DNA of 64,000 nt, from contig CP147779.1 of assembly GCA_037308085.1 (NCBI GenBank), positions 704,001 to 768,000 of the forward strand, written 5' to 3'. Source of the stretch: Promethearchaeati archaeon SRVP18_Atabeyarchaeia-1 (GTDB lineage: Archaea; Asgardarchaeota; Atabeyarchaeia; Atabeyarchaeales; Atabeyarchaeaceae). A program made the position numbers and the translations under genes. The notes below the pieces were generated by a model that saw only the letters and a list, made by a program, of their open reading frames with translations, made no database searches and was not told where the DNA came from. Below are positions 1 through 9,890 of the stretch, in pieces. Each line of letters opens with the position of its first letter. Positions within the stretch are counted from its first letter, which is position 1.

Positions 1-221
1 AAGGACATATAAGATGACGTCTGGCCTAGTCCCCGACAAAAAATCCCTATTTCGCCAACGATCAGACTACCAGATGTGCGAATTGCAGATTACGATGGAC
101 TTCGCCGTCACCACTCGTGGATGTCAGATCGTCTGAATCCGCCAAGATCGCCATCTGGTTTCGCTTTTTTTCTCCTCAGCTCGAGCGTGCACCACACCGC
201 TTCTTGCTTCAAAATAGTAGG

Positions 222-443
222 TCATTTCTTCTTTTCCTTAGAAGTCCACCAGTCAAGATACTCCTTCTGCCTCTTGTCTTTCTCCTCTTTTTGCTTGCCA
301 GAGCCACCGTATATATCGTCCATCAGTTTATCGTGGGCTTCATCGAGTTCTTCTCTCATCCATGTGGCGCCACATCTCGTACAGACGTATGAGCGGCTGT
401 TTCTGTCATATTTCAATTCTCCAGCACATTCAGGGCAATTCAT
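222..443 (-). CDS. Small zinc-ribbon protein (CxxC...CxxC) with charged C-terminus
   Basis: MNCPECAG...YVCTRCG; SD-like GTGAGG upstream; TATA-like CTTATAAA on minus strand at ~553-560. Confidence 0.7.
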   Translation of the reverse strand: MNCPECAGELKYDRNSRSYVCTRCGATWMREELDEAHDKLMDDIYGGSGKQKEEKDKRQKEYLDWWTSKEKKK

Positions 444-571
444 CGCAGACTAACCTCACTAGCTATACAGCTCCTATCTCTACAAACGATACATTATGAT
501 TAGACTTGAGAACTATAATGCTCTCCTACTAGATATTAATCGACAAACCTGATTTATAAGTTTGCTAAAGC

Positions 572-712
572 GTTCCTGTTACCTCTGCGGTTGGCATGTT
601 TTCATATGGATGGTTCTTATGTGGAGGCAAGCTTAGATTAGGTGTGCAAGCCTTCAAGGCGGTCAGGCAGAGCTACACGCCGTCTCCTGAACTACTCAGC
701 CTCCTCGATAAC
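572..712 (+). mobile_element. Left end plus first ~23 codons of a tnpB-type IS element (truncated copy of the family at 59238-59617)
   Basis: 576-680 aligns with 59241-59345 (ctgttac.tctgcggttggc.tgtttt...caagc.ttcaa.gcg.tcaggcagagct.cac); encodes VQAFKAVRQSYTPSPELLSLLD, resembling archaeal TnpB N-termini. Confidence 0.75.
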
Positions 713-722
713 ACGTCGCAAT

Positions 723-1835
723 TCAACTCACCGGTCTCCATAAGAGTCCCAATTGATCAGCATATTTGTGTGCTTCCTGCACCTCATCTTGGGAAGGTCT
801 TCTGTTTATTTCAATGAATTCCTTGTTACTCGGAACAAGATAGGCTGGGTGGTACTGCGCCATAACATTGACCAGAGCTTTGGGTAAATTCTTTGAGATC
901 CATCCCAATATCGGCTTGGAACAGCACTCCACATGTCCAGGCATGACTAGGTGCCTGACGATCATTTCGCCACCGCCTCGGTCATGCACTGCCGTATGGT
1001 TGCTAGAGACGACACTCCAATAATTAGGAACGCGCGAGTACTTCAACGCACACTCGTCACCGTACCACTTCATGTCTGGGAGCCAGAAATCGAACAGATC
1101 CAAAAGCAATTCCATTGATTCAGTCGACATATAGAAATTTGAGTTCCAGAGTTGGCATATGTCAACTTCAAGATACTTCATTGACTCCACGATATTATGT
1201 AGATTGGGTGTGGGCGATCCCCCGACCCAGTTAATATTGCGGGCTCCCTCCTTCTTTAGGGCAGACGCCATATCTGCCAGATTCAGTGGACTGACAGCTT
1301 TTCCGTTATCTGGGTCGCCAGATATATCGTGGTTTTGGCAGAATACGCATGGACCGAAGTTGCAGCCAGAAAGAAATATGGTTCCAGAGGGAACTAGTAC
1401 ACTCTCCTCTCCCATATGTAGGAAAGAAGTCGAGACTAGTGCCTGCCTTCCCACTCTGCAAAAGCCTTTCTCGTCCTTCAACCTGTTTATGCCGCATCTA
1501 CGCTCACACAGATGGCAATTCTGCGCTATTCTCCTGCCGAGTTCTATCTTCAAGTCCAAATAAGTACTGCGCAATGGCGCCTCTATGTCGGCGGGACTTG
1601 ACTTCCCCTCATCAAGATCTTTCAGCAACTCATTGAAGATCCTCGACACTCTGCGGTGTTCGCTCCACAGTACTTCCTCAGACGAATCCATTGAGACACT
1701 GACAGGTATAAGCTTCGTCAGTTTGAACTTGGGCAGGAAAATCCCTTTAAGGATGCCATAGTACCTTGAGAGTCTAGATCTGACGAGTTCATTGCCCCAC
1801 ACTTCCAGAGAATCTGGACGAACTATTCGCCACAT
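723..1835 (-). CDS. PflX-like radical SAM protein (pyruvate formate-lyase activating enzyme family)
   Basis: CHLCERRC, HMGEE..LVPSGTIFLSGCNFGPCVFCQN, WNSNFY, IVRHLVMPGHVECC; start set at ATG 1835 (MWRIVRPD). Confidence 0.85.
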   Translation of the reverse strand: MWRIVRPDSLEVWGNELVRSRLSRYYGILKGIFLPKFKLTKLIPVSVSMDSSEEVLWSEHRRVSRIFNELLKDLDEGKSSPADIEAPLRSTYLDLKIELGRRIAQNCHLCERRCGINRLKDEKGFCRVGRQALVSTSFLHMGEESVLVPSGTIFLSGCNFGPCVFCQNHDISGDPDNGKAVSPLNLADMASALKKEGARNINWVGGSPTPNLHNIVESMKYLEVDICQLWNSNFYMSTESMELLLDLFDFWLPDMKWYGDECALKYSRVPNYWSVVSSNHTAVHDRGGGEMIVRHLVMPGHVECCSKPILGWISKNLPKALVNVMAQYHPAYLVPSNKEFIEINRRPSQDEVQEAHKYADQLGLLWRPVS

Positions 1836-1985
1836 TTTTCCGCTACACCGACAATATTGTATGCAAAATAAGAGAGATGCGTTGGGAATCATGCGCGTTA
1901 AATAGAAAACCGATCTAAGGTACCAAGCGGGCAGCAATTTAAGGACTTTTCGGTTCTCAACGGGTCTCATTTGACAAGAAGAGGA

Positions 1986-3044
1986 ATGAATAAGAACATG
2001 GATGACGGGACAAAGGAATTGGTATTCCTATTACTGGGGAACAACCCGACTCTGCCCTTCGCAGAATGCAGGGCAATATTGGAGAGCAATGGCGTGCCCT
2101 TCAAGGAGATAAGACGCCTTGACCAAGTTCTGATTATCTCAGCACCCTTTGAGGCATGCCGTCTGGTCGCAAGACAGGCTGGGCTAGTTAGAAGAGTTTG
2201 CGTTCTTCTGACCCAGTCTGCCAAGACTCCAGAGAGCATGCTTCGAGCCGTAGACAGTCTTGATATCAAAGGTGTACTAGGTCCCAAAGCTTCCTTCGCT
2301 GTAAGAATAAAAGGGGTGAGAGGGCATTCCAAGGGACTCAACATAAATGAGTTGGAGAGACGAATAGGTGGGCAAATACAAGAAAAGGCAAAGTGGGCTA
2401 GGGTTGACCTGGCAAAGCCCGATGTTCTCTTCTACACCATCATAACTGGTGACTCGGCTTTTGTTTGTCAGAGCGTCGAGGAAGTGGAGGAGAGGGGTTT
2501 TGGTCTGCGAAGACCTGGGTCAAGACCTTTCTTCCATCCAAGCTCCATGCATCCACGTTTGGCCAGAACGATGGTAAATCTATCGGAAGCACGACCAGGT
2601 AGCAGGTTCCTCGATCCGTTCTGCGGCTCTGGGGGAATATTAGTGGAAGCCGGGGTCATAGGTTGCAAGCTGATCGGAATGGATATAGATCCTAAGATGT
2701 CCAAGGGATCAAAAGAGAACCTAGACGCGCTTGGCATTGACTCGAAAAACATCTGCGTCGGCGACGCGCGGCACATTCCGATGAAGGAGATCGATTCGGT
2801 TGCGACGGACCCACCATATGGGAGATCATCATCGACAAAGGGCAACGAAACATTCAAGCTAGTAGAGGAGTCACTTGAAGACATGGCTTCCATCCTCAAG
2901 CTTCATGGTAGAGTGTGCATCTCTGTCCCATCTAACATCAATGTTGCAGACTTCAGGCTTAACGATCTAAGGATGGTAGAGAAACACTCATTCAGAGTTC
3001 ATAGAAGCCTTACCAGGAACATAGTCACCTTTGCAAGACTGTGA
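1986..3044 (+). CDS. trm11: tRNA (guanine(10)-N2)-methyltransferase, THUMP plus Rossmann methyltransferase
   Basis: RPFFHPSSMHPRLAR, LDPFCGSGG, ATDPPYGRSS, VHRSLTR. Confidence 0.9.
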   Translation: MNKNMDDGTKELVFLLLGNNPTLPFAECRAILESNGVPFKEIRRLDQVLIISAPFEACRLVARQAGLVRRVCVLLTQSAKTPESMLRAVDSLDIKGVLGPKASFAVRIKGVRGHSKGLNINELERRIGGQIQEKAKWARVDLAKPDVLFYTIITGDSAFVCQSVEEVEERGFGLRRPGSRPFFHPSSMHPRLARTMVNLSEARPGSRFLDPFCGSGGILVEAGVIGCKLIGMDIDPKMSKGSKENLDALGIDSKNICVGDARHIPMKEIDSVATDPPYGRSSSTKGNETFKLVEESLEDMASILKLHGRVCISVPSNINVADFRLNDLRMVEKHSFRVHRSLTRNIVTFARL

Positions 3045-3055
3045 CTAGGTAGAGA

Positions 3056-3982
3056 TCAAGAGGTTGCGCCAGCAGCTGGTACCGTGATGTTAAGGAAGTC
3101 TTTGGCCACAATCGTGTTCCTGAATATGGCCCGAGCTTGCTCTAGCAAGATCTGATCACTACTGTACCTGTTTGATATGTGAGTCAGTACTAGGAGTCTG
3201 ACGTTTGCCTCCTTCGCTACCTTGGCCGCTTGGCTTGCGGTCGAATGTCCGTACTCAGCGGCTTTGTCCAGCAGGCTGTCGTCATAGGTCGAATCATGTA
3301 TTAAGATGTCTGCGTTGAGACTTAGCGAGACTATTTCATTGGTTGGTCTTGTATCACCTGAGTACACAACTTTCCTTCCTGGACGCCGAGGACCCACCAC
3401 CATTTCTGGATCTACGGTATTTCCGTTGGCAAGCGTTACTGATTCGCCATACTGGAGTTTCCTCCACAGAGGACCTTCGGGAACACCAAGCCGCGTAGCC
3501 CTTTCTGGAAAGAACTCTCCGGGTCTCCACTTCTCCTCGAGCGAATAGGCAAGCGAGAAAATGCCTTCGTGGTCAGTTTTGCATACCCGGATGACGTATT
3601 GGTCATTCTCAAAAATGTTACCTGCATCTCGGGTCTGGTTGACGACAAGGTCAAAACTCGGCGCGAAATGCAGTGTTTCTGCTAAGGCTTCCAAGAATCC
3701 GCCTATTCCCAGGGGGCCGAATATTTGTAGCGGTTTTGTTCTTCCAGACAGGGAAAGGGTTTGTAGCAATCCGCCCAAACCAAGGACATGATCTCCATGA
3801 AGATGTGTTATGAGTATTTTAGACAATCTGCCGTATCTCAGATTTGTGAAAGCAAGTTGTCTCTGTGTTCCTTCACCACAATCAAAGAAAATCAGCTCAC
3901 CATTTCTTTTCAATGCTACGCAAGGGGATCCCCTCTCCACTGTGGGTACGCTTCCACTAGTTCCGAGAAAGAGAATCTCCAA
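3056..3982 (-). CDS. rnz: Ribonuclease Z
   Basis: FLGTSGSVP, FDCGEGTQ, THLHGDH, GVPEGP flexible arm, YSGDT, HDST, GHST, LTHISNRY. Confidence 0.95.
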   Translation of the reverse strand: MEILFLGTSGSVPTVERGSPCVALKRNGELIFFDCGEGTQRQLAFTNLRYGRLSKILITHLHGDHVLGLGGLLQTLSLSGRTKPLQIFGPLGIGGFLEALAETLHFAPSFDLVVNQTRDAGNIFENDQYVIRVCKTDHEGIFSLAYSLEEKWRPGEFFPERATRLGVPEGPLWRKLQYGESVTLANGNTVDPEMVVGPRRPGRKVVYSGDTRPTNEIVSLSLNADILIHDSTYDDSLLDKAAEYGHSTASQAAKVAKEANVRLLVLTHISNRYSSDQILLEQARAIFRNTIVAKDFLNITVPAAGATS

Positions 3983-4027
3983 ATTCCAATGCTCCCCACT
4001 TGCAATCGCGTCTTCTTAGCTCCAGAA

Positions 4028-4426
4028 TCACTCTATCTGCCCAGTGAGATAGTCAATTACCGACTTGATGTCATCTGACTCTATCTCAACGGTTATTGGC
4101 CCTAGGGGAGACTCGTTCTTGGTCTCGCAGAAATGTACAACTCCCATGAAGGCGGCTTGCTTGTTGAGGTAGAACCTGATGCGGTTCCCTTCGATCATAG
4201 ATTTCGATAGAGTTTTTCTAGCGAAAGTTGATATCGCTTGGTCTTTCAGGTGCCTTTGTATCTGCGACAGAGATACGGAGCCATCGGAGATGCCAAGCAG
4301 GTACTTCACTTGGCCCTCAACTCGCTCGCTAAAGCTAACTCCGAAAACGATGTTGGAAAGAGCCATTTTTACCTTATCAGGGTTCTCAGTGGGGTAGACT
4401 GGCACTTCCACGTGTACTTTGATCAT
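4028..4426 (-). CDS. DUF54/UPF0201 RNA-binding domain protein
   Basis: VYPTENPDKV, LNKQAAFMG, ESPLGPITVEI. Confidence 0.85.
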   Translation of the reverse strand: MIKVHVEVPVYPTENPDKVKMALSNIVFGVSFSERVEGQVKYLLGISDGSVSLSQIQRHLKDQAISTFARKTLSKSMIEGNRIRFYLNKQAAFMGVVHFCETKNESPLGPITVEIESDDIKSVIDYLTGQIE

Positions 4427-4970
4427 TAGTCGCCACCTCTAGCAGGATTCTCTTCACGTTCTTTCTGAACACGGGTTGGTTCCCCTCGTTTGATACTACC
4501 GCATCAGCAAGCGCAATGGCGCCGCCGATGCCAACACTTAGCTCAATATTATCGCGTTCGCAGAACTGTTTCCATGTATCAGGGTCGTCTCCTCTGCGCC
4601 GATCCTGTAATCTGCGAAACCGCGTTCTCGGGGATGAATGAATCGCGATGACAAAGAAGCCCGGAAACTCCCGACGGAAGACGTCGATTTCTTCGGGGCT
4701 CCTGATCCCGTCTATTGCTACCATCTTGTGGGTGCTCAAGGCTCGTACTAGCGGCAGACACCTTTCTGCGACAACTCCCTTTCCATACTTCCTCCTCATT
4801 TCGATCATTGCTTTCCTCAGAGTTTCTGGAACGATTTCTAGACCTGTGCTCCTTACTTCTTTTCTGACGACATCGCCCATAATCACTACGGGAATTCCCA
4901 TCGATCTTGCGACGTCCGCCGCTTCTGATTTTCCGCAACCCGGCATGCCAACGAAGCCGACGACTTTCAT
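4386..4970 (-). CDS. UPF0200 P-loop nucleotide kinase (dephospho-CoA-kinase-like)
   Basis: GMPGCGKS, MGDVVR, IDGIRS, RRRGDD; usual neighbour of DUF54; start set at ATG 4970. Confidence 0.85.
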   Translation of the reverse strand: MKVVGFVGMPGCGKSEAADVARSMGIPVVIMGDVVRKEVRSTGLEIVPETLRKAMIEMRRKYGKGVVAERCLPLVRALSTHKMVAIDGIRSPEEIDVFRREFPGFFVIAIHSSPRTRFRRLQDRRRGDDPDTWKQFCERDNIELSVGIGGAIALADAVVSNEGNQPVFRKNVKRILLEVATNDQSTRGSASLPH

Positions 4971-5036
4971 CCAGAATCCTCCAAGGAGCCCCCGGCATTC
5001 ACCCTCTATGACAGAAAGCAATGTTGCTGTGCACTA

Positions 5037-6167
5037 TTAGGTGAACAACTGCGACGGGAATGCACGGCTTGTGTGCTTTCTTATCTTGTCGAGGGATTCG
5101 CCCAGTAGATCATCGTCAATGACATTGGCGTCTCGCAGCATTGCAGCGTGAAGCGCACCCTTGAGAAACTTCTCCTTGATGTCACGCCCCGACGCGCCGT
5201 CCAGCTCTGAGGCGAACCTCTCAAGATTTGCCTTCACGGGAAGCGGCAACCTGACAGCATAATGCCGGAGCATCCTTATTCTTTCATCCAATGTAGGCAG
5301 CTTGAATTCTATCTCTTCTTCAAACCTGCTGCGGATGGCCGAATCCAGAAACATTGGTGCATTTGTTGCGCCCACGGTGACTATGCCCGTGTTGGGTTTA
5401 ATCCCATCCATCTCAGCTAACAATGCATTAACAACTTCTGAAACGTCTCCCCTTATCGCTTGGTATTTCCTGTCAAGACCGACAGCGTCGAGTTCATCTA
5501 TGAATACTATTGAGCGCTCCACGTTTGAAGCTTCAGCGTAGAGATCATGGACTCTCTTTGCCCCTTCACCAACAAATGTACCAATAAGTTCAGTCGCCTT
5601 GGAGAGGGATATTGGAACCTTGCTTTCATTCGCCAGCGCCAAAGCAGTCATTGTTTTTCCAGTCCCAGGTGGACCGTAGAAAAGAATGTTGCGCGGAGCC
5701 CAGTCACCAAACTTCTGTGGCGAAGCAAGGTACTTCTGTATTATCTTGCACTTCTCTTTCGCTGCCTCATTCCCAATTATATCATCAAAGGCCACCTTCG
5801 CCCTCAAATTGGTCGTGGTTCTTTGCAGACTCTCGAGAACCACCTTCGTAGTTGATGTAATACAGGCGCCGTCAGGAACGATGTCAACGACCTCAAATGC
5901 GAAATTAGGAAACGTCTCTTGGTCAAAGAGAAAATCGCCTTTTCTTACACTTTGACCTCGCCATTGATCAGTAGCGTACGCCTGGAATAAGAGAGGGTTG
6001 TCGGTGGTTATTCTAAGAGGCTTGTCATCTCCCGGCGTGCGTAAGGGAAACCCTGCGGGGTGTAGGACAACAACTTCAGCGGGAGTGAGCAGGGACTCTT
6101 CCCTCTCAGTCTCCCCAATAATAGATTCATCGCGGTCGATCGTGATTCTTTTGCTTCGCTTGGGCAT
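5037..6167 (-). CDS. Archaeal AAA+ ATPase (COG1223-like)
   Basis: [41 protein letters not shown]; N-terminal beta domain. Confidence 0.85.
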   Translation of the reverse strand: MPKRSKRITIDRDESIIGETEREESLLTPAEVVVLHPAGFPLRTPGDDKPLRITTDNPLLFQAYATDQWRGQSVRKGDFLFDQETFPNFAFEVVDIVPDGACITSTTKVVLESLQRTTTNLRAKVAFDDIIGNEAAKEKCKIIQKYLASPQKFGDWAPRNILFYGPPGTGKTMTALALANESKVPISLSKATELIGTFVGEGAKRVHDLYAEASNVERSIVFIDELDAVGLDRKYQAIRGDVSEVVNALLAEMDGIKPNTGIVTVGATNAPMFLDSAIRSRFEEEIEFKLPTLDERIRMLRHYAVRLPLPVKANLERFASELDGASGRDIKEKFLKGALHAAMLRDANVIDDDLLGESLDKIRKHTSRAFPSQLFT

Positions 6168-6376
6168 GGTGATTCCTCCACCTAGATCTCCTAGATCATG
6201 ACTTATCAAGAAGCAGAAATAAACTTATGCGAGTTCACCAATCAAGTGACCGTCTAAACACACTTATATTATCCATTCCGCTTGATAAGTACTTCCTGTC
6301 TCAATTGGCTTGTGCGCTATCAGAACGTGTTAAGCATAAAAGTTTTTGGTTAAAGGGTTGTGAGGCGAATCACCTG

Positions 6377-6937
6377 TTGGACAGGTTAAGAACATTCATA
6401 GCAGTTGAATTAGCCCCTGAACTTCTGCCGGGGGTTTTGGACATACAGCGAGAAATCTTGGGCACTGGGGGAGATATAAAGGGTGTCGAACCCGAGAACA
6501 TCCATTTTACCCTCAAGTTCTTAGGTGAGATTCCTCAGTCGACTGTGAACGAAGTAATGCAGTGTATGAATGGATTGGATTTCAAATCCTTTGAAATTGA
6601 GGTGTCGGGAGTGGGGTGTTTTCCGACGATCCGGAACCCTCGCGTCGTATGGATCGGAGTGACTGACGGATTGGAGGATTTCTCCTCGCTTTCAAAGCAG
6701 TTAGAGAACTGCCTCAAATCGATCGGTCTTCCACCTGAGCGAGAACGATTTACGGCTCACTTGACCATAGGTCGCGTGAGAAGCGGGCGGAACAAGGCGG
6801 AACTTATGAGGAAACTCGCCGAGGATCTGAATGTAAAGATCGGAAGGATGACGGTCAGCGCGGTCAAACTCAAAAAGAGCACGCTGACTCCAAAGGGGCC
6901 CATTTACACAACATTACACGAGGTTAGAGGAAACTAG
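6377..6937 (+). CDS. thpR: RNA 2',3'-cyclic phosphodiesterase (2'-5' RNA ligase family)
   Basis: RTFIAV, two HxT motifs (HFTLKFLGE, HLTIGRV), STLTPKGPIY; start set at TTG 6377. Confidence 0.92.
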   Translation: MDRLRTFIAVELAPELLPGVLDIQREILGTGGDIKGVEPENIHFTLKFLGEIPQSTVNEVMQCMNGLDFKSFEIEVSGVGCFPTIRNPRVVWIGVTDGLEDFSSLSKQLENCLKSIGLPPERERFTAHLTIGRVRSGRNKAELMRKLAEDLNVKIGRMTVSAVKLKKSTLTPKGPIYTTLHEVRGN

Positions 6938-7005
6938 TCAAAAGGACTTTTGTACAGTCACGCGGGATTGCATACCCCGCCAGAACGGAGGGTTGGAATG
7001 AGATT

Positions 7006-8424
7006 TTGCCAAACTCTAAGATTGACCAAGTCTGTATAGAGATGCTTCGGGAAGTAAAACCAGGACCAGCAGAGAGAGCTAAGTTATCAGCGTCCGTGTC
7101 GAAGGTCATTGACCGGCTCAAGAACCAGATTCTGCAGCTGGGAATAGGTGCATACCCTGAACTGGAAGGATCAGTCGCGCACGGAACTTGGATTTCTGGC
7201 GTACGCGACATCGACGTGTTCATTATTTTCCCACTGCAAACCCCCTTGGACCAGATCAAAAAGACAGGTCTAGAGCTAGGCAAGCAAGTGTCTGACGGAA
7301 ATTGGAGAGAACGATATGCTGAGCACCCATTCATAGAAGCGGTAATTGACGATTACAGAATAGACATAGTACCGTGCTATAGAATCTCGAAATTCTCAGA
7401 AAGAGTCACATCAGTTGACAGGACACCACTTCACACGGAATACCTCGCAAAACGACTCACAGACAAGGAGAGAGACGAGACAATACTCCTCAAAGCATTT
7501 ATGAAAGGTATCGGAGTCTATGGAGCCGAATTGCGGGTGAAAGGTTTCTCAGGATATCTGTGCGAATTGTTGACGCTACACTACGGCTCATTGGAGCAAG
7601 TCCTAAGAGGAGTGCTCCGATGGAAGACCCGGGAAGTAATCGACATAGAGCAACACTACTCCGACAGTGATACTCTGGCAGAAGTATTTGGTGAGCCATT
7701 GATAGTTGTCGATCCAATTGACCCCACTAGGAACGTCGCCGCGGCCGTTTCAGCAGACAGAATCGCCGAGATAAAGGCTGCGGCCCGGTTCTTCCTCTCG
7801 GATCCTTCTGCATTATTCTTCAGACCACCGAAGATGAAACCGCTGAGCAATTCCAGACTTGGTGAAATTATTAGGGATAGAGGAACTGACTCGCTTTTCA
7901 TCCAGCTCCCTTGTCGCAACATATCCCCTGACATTGTCTGGGGCGAACTTGGAAAATCCTTGAAGGCGATAAAGAGGCTACTTGAGCTTCAAGACTTCCA
8001 AGTCATGAGCTGCGACGTGTGGTCTAACGAGAATGACTTGGCAGTAATGGCAATCGAATTGATGTCGGCAAGTCTTCCATCGGTCAAGATCCACGAAGGC
8101 CCTACAGCGGGGAATCCCAACCAAGGGAAATTCCTCGAAGCGCACGCCCATAGCGAGAAGACACTGGCTGGGCCATGGATCAAAGATGGAGAGTGGCAGG
8201 TTGAGCTAAAGAGGGATCACGTGAATGCAAAGAAGATGGTGGAAGGCAAGCTGGCAAAAGAAGAGCCGACTGCGATCGGGCTCTCTAAAGATGTGGGCAA
8301 GTGGATAAAAGAGGGCGGCAAGGTCCTCCTAAATGAAGAGATACTTCCGACATACTCAGCCGATGAGGGTTTCGCTGTGTTTCTTACGAAGTTCTACGGC
8401 AAGCGACCAAGCTGGCTTCGTTAG
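7006..8424 (+). CDS. cca: Archaeal class I CCA-adding enzyme
   Basis: GSVAHGTW...DIDVF, YAEHPF, DIVPCY, SVDRTPLH, GFSGYLCELL, DPIDPTRNVAAA. Confidence 0.95.
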   Translation: MPNSKIDQVCIEMLREVKPGPAERAKLSASVSKVIDRLKNQILQLGIGAYPELEGSVAHGTWISGVRDIDVFIIFPLQTPLDQIKKTGLELGKQVSDGNWRERYAEHPFIEAVIDDYRIDIVPCYRISKFSERVTSVDRTPLHTEYLAKRLTDKERDETILLKAFMKGIGVYGAELRVKGFSGYLCELLTLHYGSLEQVLRGVLRWKTREVIDIEQHYSDSDTLAEVFGEPLIVVDPIDPTRNVAAAVSADRIAEIKAAARFFLSDPSALFFRPPKMKPLSNSRLGEIIRDRGTDSLFIQLPCRNISPDIVWGELGKSLKAIKRLLELQDFQVMSCDVWSNENDLAVMAIELMSASLPSVKIHEGPTAGNPNQGKFLEAHAHSEKTLAGPWIKDGEWQVELKRDHVNAKKMVEGKLAKEEPTAIGLSKDVGKWIKEGGKVLLNEEILPTYSADEGFAVFLTKFYGKRPSWLR

Positions 8425-9599
8425 ACTCTACTCAGTGCCAAAGCTCCCTTGGGGCAGACCTCCACGCATATCAGGCACCTGAAGCAGCTCTGGTTATTTA
8501 TTCTAGGGACGCCTTTCTCGATACTAATATTGTTCATTTTACACGATTTAACGCATACCCCGCAACCATCACAGTTCCCGGCAAGGATGATCGAACCAAC
8601 CCGACTGCTTCTCAAATCTCTCTCAACAGTATGAAAGGTCTGAATCTTGGGACCCCCCAGAACTTTCGCCAGAGGATGGACCAACGGATTCGTATACCGA
8701 GAAGTCCAGAAGGGCTGGATAACCTGAAGGATCCTCCCGAGGAAGCTTTGGCTCAACAACCTGGGGCTAATCCTGTCTCCAACCAGTTTCACATCCTTGA
8801 CTTCGCCGAGTCCCCTGGCATGGGCTAGCTTGGTCAACTTGACCTCCGACGGATTCAACCCAGCGATTCTCTCGGAAACGGCATCGACAGCTACAAGATC
8901 CTTTCCAGCGATCAGCATGTCCAGCTTCAACGGTTTTCCCTCAGTTGGTCCAAAGTAGGGACCAGAAGAGCGGACAGATTCTGAGCCTACTGTGCCATCA
9001 ACGAGACCAAATATCACCTTGTCCTTGAAGACCTGAAATAGGTCAATAATAGGATCATACAAACCGATCACATGAATCTTAGTTCGCTGATCCTGCCAAG
9101 TCAACCCTTTCAAGTTCTTGATGCACAGACTCATACCTGTGAAGAAGTGGGGTTTGAAGACCGCAACCGATACAATCTTGTCTACGGTCAGCGCTGTTTT
9201 CACGACTTTAACCTTGTTCATTACCTTAGCGTTTGGAATGTGAATGGTCACAGCCTCATCTCTCGAAAAGTCCACAAATTGGCCACCTGCATGCGTGACA
9301 GCTTTCTCCATGCCTATTGTGCGATAAGTTTCCTCGGGATCCCACCCTACAATAGGCAGGTCGCCGACGAGTGGCTGACCGCCAGCGTCTTTAACCAATC
9401 TGACTAATGAAGCAACAACCTCTACACTTGTGACCAGCCCGCTCCCTGACGGTTTGGCGCAGCTCATGTTCGGCTTGATCAGAACACTCTCACCGCGCTT
9501 GATATCGATTCCACCCGCGAGCTCAACGACTCTTCGAACCGACTTGTCTACTCCATTAGCTGTTTTCACCGTCGCGACCAATGATGTCAAGCTGCTCAA
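8421..9599 (-). CDS. DUF362 domain protein with C-terminal 2x[4Fe-4S] ferredoxin
   Basis: VLIKPN, KxH, IKNLKG, DLVAVD; CDGCGVCVKSC and CFRCLICVEVCP. Confidence 0.85.
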   Translation of the reverse strand: MSSLTSLVATVKTANGVDKSVRRVVELAGGIDIKRGESVLIKPNMSCAKPSGSGLVTSVEVVASLVRLVKDAGGQPLVGDLPIVGWDPEETYRTIGMEKAVTHAGGQFVDFSRDEAVTIHIPNAKVMNKVKVVKTALTVDKIVSVAVFKPHFFTGMSLCIKNLKGLTWQDQRTKIHVIGLYDPIIDLFQVFKDKVIFGLVDGTVGSESVRSSGPYFGPTEGKPLKLDMLIAGKDLVAVDAVSERIAGLNPSEVKLTKLAHARGLGEVKDVKLVGDRISPRLLSQSFLGRILQVIQPFWTSRYTNPLVHPLAKVLGGPKIQTFHTVERDLRSSRVGSIILAGNCDGCGVCVKSCKMNNISIEKGVPRINNQSCFRCLICVEVCPKGALALSRV

Positions 9600-9845
9600 A
9601 CCTCCGCAAACAATATCCGCAAAGACTCCAGTGCCACAGAGAAGAAGTCAAGATGCGCGTCTTCTTGTAGGACCTAGTTACTTCGAATATTAAAGTATTA
9701 GTGTGGCGACTAGGATTGCTGCGGGTTTTAAAAGAGACTGGGTCTCTAAGGAGGTCACCTGCCCGCAATGGTGGATCGATCTGGACCAAGATAAGTCAGT
9801 CACATCTTCTTCTGTGATGAACTGGTCTGCACAGATTAGGAAATC

Positions 9846-9856
9846 AAAAAAGGGGA
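9846..9856 (-). terminator. Oligo-T archaeal terminator after the His-rich repeat gene
   Basis: Minus strand CCCCTTTTTT about 35 nt after the stop at 9891. Confidence 0.5.
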
Positions 9857-9890
9857 AGTTAAGTTAGTGGGCTCCGGTCCTTCTATATTC

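Noticed and set aside
596-817. 73-aa CDS (and 59525-59719, 59049-59237)
   Set aside because: Read-through frames of IS remnants or intergenic DNA, not genes.
9810-9840. C/D box sRNAs at GTGATGA sites (also ~33790, ~36774 and ~44380)
   Set aside because: No properly spaced D, D' and C' boxes could be assigned.
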